Source of the DNA: Adineta vaga
Taxonomy: Eukaryota; Animalia; Rotifera
DNA length: 64,000 bases
Reading direction: 5' to 3'
Assembly: GCA_021613535.1 (NCBI GenBank)
Contig: CP075495.1
Span: 11,594,001 to 11,658,000, forward strand
Made by a program: the position numbers and the translations under genes. Within the stretch, counting starts at the first letter, position 1. Each line of letters starts with the position of its first letter. Below the pieces are notes generated by a model that ran no database searches, had not been told where the DNA came from, and worked only from the letters and a program-made list of their open reading frames with translations. This document shows positions 56,901-64,000 of the stretch, piece by piece.

Positions 56901-58019
56901 TAGTTTAATTTCGTCGATTTATTCGTCAACATTGTTCGTATCCATGTTTATATGATTCTCACTTTTTTTGTTTCGGAGATATGCCAATCTATGAGAATAT
57001 TATCCAACGGGTATGTGTAAAAAAGAAAGCTAATTTATTCTATTAAAATCAAAGTCGACACGATTAAGAAATGTCTAGAATTCTCGTCTTTTAAAGTCGA
57101 ACCGTCACATATTTTCATTAGTATTGTTAAACTCATACGTTCATGTGGAGAAAAATATCGTGGTCACGATACTACGAAACGAAATCTTATATTTGAAACC
57201 GAGCATATCTTTCTATGAAAATAATTTTTTTTCGTCACTCGGATATAAATAGTAAATATATAATGATAGTAATTTTGAAAATATAAATCCAGAAGCCTTG
57301 AGCAATATATGAATAAAAAAACATCGACATTCTTTATCTCTACTTTAATCAAAAATAGTAGAACTTCCTTTGCGTTTAGCTATCAAATCATTGCGTAGTT
57401 TCTCACTTGAAAAATAAAACTCATTAAGTTTTCCCATTTTCTCCTTCTGAAACACATTAGTAATATTATAATTCCTCTCTTTTTTTTATGAAAAAAAAAG
57501 TGTGTCATACACGTCAATAGAAGTATGTAATATCAATGTATAATGCCATCAAGCATAATTTTAACATCAGTTTTATGACGTTCAACTAACTACGGTTACA
57601 AGGACAGAAAAAGGCTGTTGTTATTTTCGAAAAATACACCGAAGCACAATTCGTCTGACAAATTTATTCAAAAAAAAATATGTAGGTAGTTGTATATCAA
57701 TATTTACTTGATGCTTTAGCATTCTAAGTGCGCATTGGAGTAAATGCATACATTTTCAATACTGATAAACAATCAGCGTTAATTTCATTTGACAATTCCA
57801 ATTTTTTTCTTGGATGTTTCCTATTCTGAATCGATTATTCGTTTCAATGAGAAAGCACATGCATATCTCATCTAATTATACTCAGTGAAATAAATGAATC
57901 GCTACTTTCAAGATAGTGTGAGAGCGCGTTAAAACAACGAATAAATAAGATATATTAGATTCTATCATATCTGTGCACTTGTTTTTCTAAGAAGATTGTG
58001 TAGAGACTTACCGTAACAT
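50991..58019 (-). CDS. Dispatched-like RND/sterol-sensing-domain membrane protein, multi-exon
   Basis: YSRFLVRHHWFV...LPDFSDP..GWGARG N-terminus, FPFMNL..FILIGIGCDDIFVF, SSMFVTSFTTSAAF, VGLSVDFVVH; first coding exon ATGTTACG|gt at 58019-58012 or an alternative at 56763. Confidence 0.9.
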
Positions 58020-59069
58020 GGCGTCGTCGTTGTTGTCGGCTAAAGATAATAAATCGGAAAGATTCGATCAATGAGTGAATGATGACAATTTTCAATTAAA
58101 ATATCTTGTATTTTGTGGCATCGCTGTTGTGTATATTTATTCTCTCCTTCTTTTTTACTTCTTCACTCGTTCTCTGTTCTGTCGACTGTTGAACAATAAA
58201 AATATTGACGACAGAAGCAAACCGGAGTATTATTAATGAAAGAAAAATGACGTTTGTTGTTAGTCGTCCTAGTGGTTCCTTTTTTTTCTTCTTTCCTTCG
58301 CTTTTTTTCCTTCTTCCTCTTCTTCTTCTTCGTCTTCCTTCAACTGAGTTTTCTATATTATCATAGAAAGAAGTCTACTGTTAGTGTTCTCAAGCATAAG
58401 GAAAGATCTCGTTTTTTTTTTTCGCTAAGGATTTTCCTCTTAATGGTAGTTAAATGCGTTATGCTATCGTCTATTATATCATATTCACTTTTTTATTTCT
58501 TGCTCTTAGAAAAATTCTTTTTCTTCTCTAGTTTATTAATAAAAAAAAAAACAGGATAATTTTCTTCACAAAAATTGTAACGATGACTCATCGGATGCAA
58601 TAAATCAAGAAAAATACATACATGCATAGAAGAACGATATCAATATTAATCGATTCTTGATGTTGAGGATTAATGTTTCTCTTAGAATGAATAATACATT
58701 TCTTACACTAGAAATCAATATTTCTATCATTCGGTTAATGTTCGAACAAAAACAAAAAATTAATTAATACTTTAATGAGTAAAATCGAATATTTAGTTGT
58801 TATTGTTGTTTCAGATTGAAAACTAACTTATCTTTTTATAACAATCAGACAAAAATGACATGTACTGAAAATCTCTTGGGAGAATTAACAAGTGATGCAA
58901 AAGAAGATTTATATACTCAAAAGCAATCATTACAGGTATTATGATTGTCATTATTCATACATAAAAACAAACATTTCCATCAACCTTTCTATTATCTATA
59001 ATAACCTTTGGATAATGAAAAAAAAAACAATGCATTTCTTTCAAAAAATGATTTCATTTTCTTATATAG

Positions 59070-60830
59070 ATGGCTGAGATAACATCATCATCAGGGTCTT
59101 TCATCCAACGAACATTTCCATTTGGATTTCGTGATGAAGCATCAACATTAATCAAAATTACAATCCCATTTGCAATGGGAAACGTTCTTGCGGCATGGTT
59201 AATCGCATTTATTTCACTTGCATTTATTGGTCATGCACATGGACAGTTAGAATTAAATGCATGTGCATTAGGTCTATCTACTTATATTTTGATTGCCAAT
59301 TCTCTTATGCTTGGACTCAATTTTGGTTGCGATACATTATTACCACAATGTTTTGGAGGAAATAAACGTAAAATGGGTTTAACTGTTCAACGAGCTATTA
59401 TCATAACAGGATATTCTTGTTTAATCTCATGGACATTAATGTTAAATGCAGTAATGACTTTTATTGTTTCAATGATCAATATTGCATGCCTTTTTTTTTC
59501 TTTTTCTATAGAAATTTTTATTAAAATTGGTTGAACATGATCAACAAGTTGTACGATTAGCTGATATTTTCTTACGTTCATTTCTTCTCGCTGTTCCATT
59601 TGATGGTCTTTCAATGTTATTACAAAAATATATTGCATCAAATGAAAAAACATGGCCACTTCTTATTATCAATTTAATAGGTAATGGTGTTAATGCACTT
59701 TTAAATTATCTCTTTCTATATAAATTTCACATGGGTATACGTTCTGTACCATTATCAATAACGATTTCATATGCAGTAATTGTCATATGTGCAATTATTT
59801 ATATTCGTTTTTCATCAATTTATACTGAAACATGGCATCCAATAACTCGAGCATGTTTAGATGAATGGAATGTGTATTTGAAATTATCTGTACCAGGTGT
59901 ATTAATGGTTATGTAAGAAGTGATTTTTGAAAAAAGAAAAACTTTTCATTGCAATAAAGTTTTTTTTTCTAAAGGACAGAATTTTGGTCAATTGAATTAA
60001 GTATATTTTTTGCTGCTCATCTTGGCGCTCGTTCATTATCAGCACAAGTATGTGCTTACCAAACAGCATGGTTATTCTATTTAGTAACATCATCATTTGC
60101 AACGGCAGCAAATATTCGTATTGGACAATTTCTAGGTAGTGGAAAACCATTAGAAGCAGCAAATACCAAAAATGTTACCTATACTCTTGGTGCTTTCGTG
60201 ATACTACTTAATATATGTTTAATATGTATTTTTCATTATTGGTTTCCATATGCTTATAATACGGACATGGATGCCTTAACACTATCACGTCGTGTTTTAT
60301 TATTAGTTGCAATTTTTCAGATGTGGGATGGATATAATGTTATTAATACAGGCATTGTTAAAGCATGGTAGAATCATTTGAAAATAAAATGCTATCATTC
60401 GTTTTTTTTTGTGAATTCTAGTGGAAAACAAAAACATGGTGCAATAATTGCATTTTTTGGTTTTTACTTTTTCGGTATTCCACTTGCTGGTGTATTGATG
60501 TTCTTTGTTCGTTTCAATATCTATGGATTTTGGTTAGGTATTATTGCTGCAGAAACTGTTACGAATACATTTTTATTCATTCTTGTACAACGATTTGATT
60601 GGGAACGACATGCTGAAGCTGCTCTTGTACGCATTAAATTCAATCCAAAATCAGCAACAACTGAAATTACAACAATTTCAATTCCGAATGAAAAGTCGCA
60701 AGAGATAAAAATCAAGGAAATCGATCAGAGTAGTTGGGTGAATTTAATTCGAATGAAACTTATTGTTTTATTGTTATTGATTTGTTTTTTAATCACTGGT
60801 ATTGTCACATCAACTATGATACCATTATAG
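59070..60830 (+). CDS. MATE family efflux transporter (SLC47-like), 4 exons
   Basis: GHAHGQLELNACALG, CDTLLPQCFG, YLKLSVPGVLM|TEFWSIE, ANIRIGQFLGSG, YFFGIPLA, GFWLG; extra C-terminal TM as in metazoan SLC47. Confidence 0.93.
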
Positions 60831-61219
60831 TTTAAGAATAAAAATTTTCACAGTAGTTTCATTGATATAACAAACATTGATTTGTTTCGTATTCATTCTT
60901 TTAACTACAAATCTAACATGCATGATTTAAACTATCATATTTTATTTGTGTAAACATAATATATGCTTGTCAACTATAATCATATTTATATTCAATGAGA
61001 AATATTCTTTACGTACAAATTATTTTTCTTAGGTCAAACATTTTAATCAATTCTTATCAATGAAACATTTCAAAAGAGTGATTGTATTTTGTTCTGTCTA
61101 TCTAAGGACATATATTTTTGGATGAGTGATAATGTGAGAATTAACTAGTGGTTAACTTTCTTCTCCAGGTCCATTATCTACTGCACCAGTAAGATGAATT
61201 ATTAAGTATACCTGAAGAA

Positions 61220-62879
61220 CACAGTGCCAGAATGTTGCCTTTTCGCAACATCCGACCGTAAAGGTACAAAAAGTTGGAAAAAGTCAATTGCTTTTCTCAA
61301 TGAAAGTCCTATCATTTGCTGTTGGTTTTACTTCAGACTGTCCAACGAAAGCATACTTTATTGATCTGTTCACTTCTTACAGCCTTAAGATGGTATATAT
61401 TCCGATAATAGTCAAAAGCTTACACAAAATAACGCAAATATCACCTATTTTCCCTAGGGAAGTTCACGAATTTAGTGAGATTCTAACAAGATTTACAGCA
61501 CATCATAGTATTCCTATTCAGACTATTATAAAACGCAAGTAGCGCAGATCCAACGGATTAGCTTACCTTTTCTGAAATAAAGAAAATACATCGTTGCATT
61601 CTTGCATTCTTGCAAAGAAAATTCAGTCTGAAGTTGTACGTTTTTTCCCGAATCAGTAGTCATACTCTTCACAACATTTTATGGATGGATACAGAGCTTG
61701 ACATTAAGGAGCAAGGTTAGTTTGAAAGTAAGACAGAATACATTGTTTCGTATAGTATTGAAATAAATGCTTCATGTATGCATTCTGGAGACTCACAGGA
61801 GTAATTCTTTAAATAATAAGATAGCTTTTCTTACGCTTTCAAGCTTGCTCTACAACGTGTTTTAAACGTTCATATCAAATTCTGAAACAAATACTTATGC
61901 CGGAAGTGTCGTGTTTTGTGGACAAATGCATATATAGATAGTTAAGTATACTTACGATGGAAATTAATGCTGAAATGTATTAAAGTTGCTTTTGTGTATG
62001 TAGGAAGCAAGTACTTTCATATCTTTATACTCAATAAAGTTGCTTGGTTTTTTCCAAGTAATGTTTATTTAAGTGAATCAACGAACCGTGCAATTGTATA
62101 CACATGCTTTTGAGTTGGATATGAATTAATGTCTTTCATGCATGTGTTTTTTTCATGACGCTGCACTATACAATTAGTCTTTCCTTTGTATTCCTTAGCT
62201 AATATAAGAAAAGACAAACGTGTATATTTAACGTAAGTAAATGTATGATACCAGCTTGGCTGGAATAAACCGACAAATTTTAAGCATTTTTATACTCCGT
62301 ATAACACTTTCTTTCAGAGAAAGAAATTCTGGATAAAATTAGTCTTTTATTCAGATTCCTAGACTTCGGTTACCGTTTGGTTTGGTAAAACTTTATCAGA
62401 AATTAATAGCGATGAAGTAGTGTCAGATTCGCATTGTTCGCTCTCAACTAACCGTGGGTCAAACCTTTTTTAACAACTATAGTGACTTTTCATGGGTTTA
62501 GTGCATGCTGAATTCTGATTGGCTTGCATAGTCAGACAAACTTTAAGCATATTACCATTGTATTTAAACGTCATATAACCCTTTCTTTCAGAAAAGGGAA
62601 CTGCGAATCTTGTTAGAACCTCAGTAAATTCGTGAACTTCCCTAGGGAAAATAGGTGATATTTGCGTTATTTTGTGTAAGCTTTTGACTATTATCGGAAT
62701 ATATACCATCTTAAGGCTGTAAGAAGTGGACAGACGAATAAAGTATGCTTTCGTTGGACAATCTGAAGTAAAATCAACAGCAAATGATAGAACTTTCATT
62801 GAGAAAAACAATTGACTTTTTCCAACTTTTTGTAGCTTTACGGCCGGATGTTGCCAAAAGGCAACATGTTGGCATTCGG
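61220..62879. mobile_element. Non-autonomous long-inverted-repeat element (foldback or DNA-transposon relic); ~274 bp arms at 61225-61498 and 62601-62874
   Basis: The arms are reverse complements with about 16 mismatches in 274 nt by manual count; no transposase ORF; left end begins CACAGTG; no TSD found. Confidence 0.75.
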
Positions 62880-63383
62880 CTCGATTTTAGTTTTTTAAAC
62901 TCCAAAATGGAATTCGGTAACCTCCACACCTGAAAGACAAAGAATATAAAGAAGTAGAATTTTTTCCATGCTATCTTCTGGTTGTCGGCTGGAAACGGTT
63001 AAAGATTTGAATATGTTCGATTGTAACGAATGATTGAAGAAATATCTAAATATAATTTGATTCTTTTACTCGTATTTCACAATATATGTTTATGTAAATA
63101 TAGTCAAACCGTCTATTTGGTGCTTCTGATGGAACTCTATCGGCGAAGAAGAGAAATTTTTGAAAATAATACTTCATTGCATTCGTTCTCATGGAATGAA
63201 ATCATTCATTTATTTATTTGATGAAAGAAAAAGAACTTACCACCACAATTTTACGTTTCAATCTGAAGGTTAAATAAATAATATTTTTTCTTGTTTTATT
63301 TCACAGTATACATTTCGACTACGAATTATTGTAGACAGGCTGATTAACATAAAGAAAAAAGTGTATTTCTTTCAGTTACAATT

Positions 63384-64000
63384 ATGTCAACTGAAAACAC
63401 AGTAGCAACTGTACGACTTATACCGTCCACTCGTTTCACATTAGCTTTACTCGTATCTTTTGCACTTTTTATTCAATATGCTCAGCGTGTTAGTTTGTCA
63501 ATGAGTATTGTTTGTATGGTCAATAAGACGAATATAAATGATGGATCGAAACCATCCATATCTTCCGCTCAATTTATGAATCAAACATCAACAATTAAAT
63601 ATGGATCGCAATTTTTAAATGACAAACAATTTTCATGGTCCGAACTTCAACAACAAATTTTACTTGGTGCTTATTGGTTTGGTTATATTTTTACTTTAGT
63701 ACCAAGTAATTTACAAAAAAGAATAAATACTGTTATCAAATAGATTCGATCTACATTGATTTTTCTGTTTCTTTTAAACAGGTGGTTGGCTGTCAATCAC
63801 TTTAGGTGCTAAACGAATGTTTGCTGGTAGTCTTCTTTTGAGTACTATTGCAACTGTTGGCATCTGCAGCATTTATTTTATCAATAAATTCAATTTCTAT
63901 GTTGCTTTACTCTTTCGAATTATCATAGGTTTTACTCATGGTCCATTATTTCCGGCAACATATACTTTTTGGTCGGTATGGGCTGTACCTCTTGAACGAA
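63384..64000 (+). CDS. SLC17/sialin-like MFS anion transporter, 3' end outside window
   Basis: YAQRVSLSMSIVCMVN, FSWSELQQQILLGAYWFGY...P|GGWL...GAKR, FRIIIGFTHGPLFPA...WAVPLER. Confidence 0.9.

Noticed and set aside
61205-61360. Possible hammerhead ribozyme / Penelope-type pLTR (CTGAAGA ... CGAAA)
   Set aside because: Could not build stems I-III around the core motifs; no RT ORF nearby
62164-62484. CACTATA...TATAGTG mini inverted pair suggesting a nested CACTA element
   Set aside because: Only 7 bp match and no TSD; expected by chance
61288-62811. Two near-identical ORFs (MLFSMKVLSF... / MFFSMKVLSF...) on opposite strands
   Set aside because: They simply mirror the inverted-repeat arms; non-ATG starts, no domain motifs, and they diverge where the repeat ends

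Overview
AT-rich, gene-dense eukaryotic (metazoan) DNA with many short (about 50-70 nt) GT-AG introns and several intron-bearing genes of bacterial type. This combination is most consistent with a bdelloid rotifer, which is an inference from the sequence. Gene order: NACHT-WD40 (NWD-like, 5'-truncated) > Atg4 > SMIM7 (missed by the ORF track) > ZDHHC5/8 > secreted cystine-knot hormone-like gene (-) > HMG-box gene (-) > bacterial-type NAD-dependent epimerase/uronate dehydrogenase-like gene > tRNA-Ile(AAT) (-) > HDHD5/CECR5 (-) > glycogen phosphorylase > ChaC > TMEM272-like gene with an antisense, intronless DUF4127-like gene nested in an intron > intronless E2 > tail-anchored orphan (-) > enolase (-) > bacterial-type peptidase C26/PuuD-like gene (-) > hydrophilic orphan > three tandem small HSP genes (two with double alpha-crystallin domains, one internally deleted) > RACK1 (-) > Dispatched (-) > MATE transporter > 1.65 kb long-inverted-repeat element > SLC17-like MFS transporter (3'-truncated). 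The most notable items are the nested, secreted and glycosylation-rich DUF4127-like HGT candidate, a cystine-knot protein mixing GPA2 and GPB5 features, the sHSP cluster with a domain loss and unequal heat-shock elements, and an inverted-repeat element starting with the RSS/Transib-type heptamer CACAGTG. All exon boundaries were read by eye and family calls rest on motif recognition; no database searches were run.
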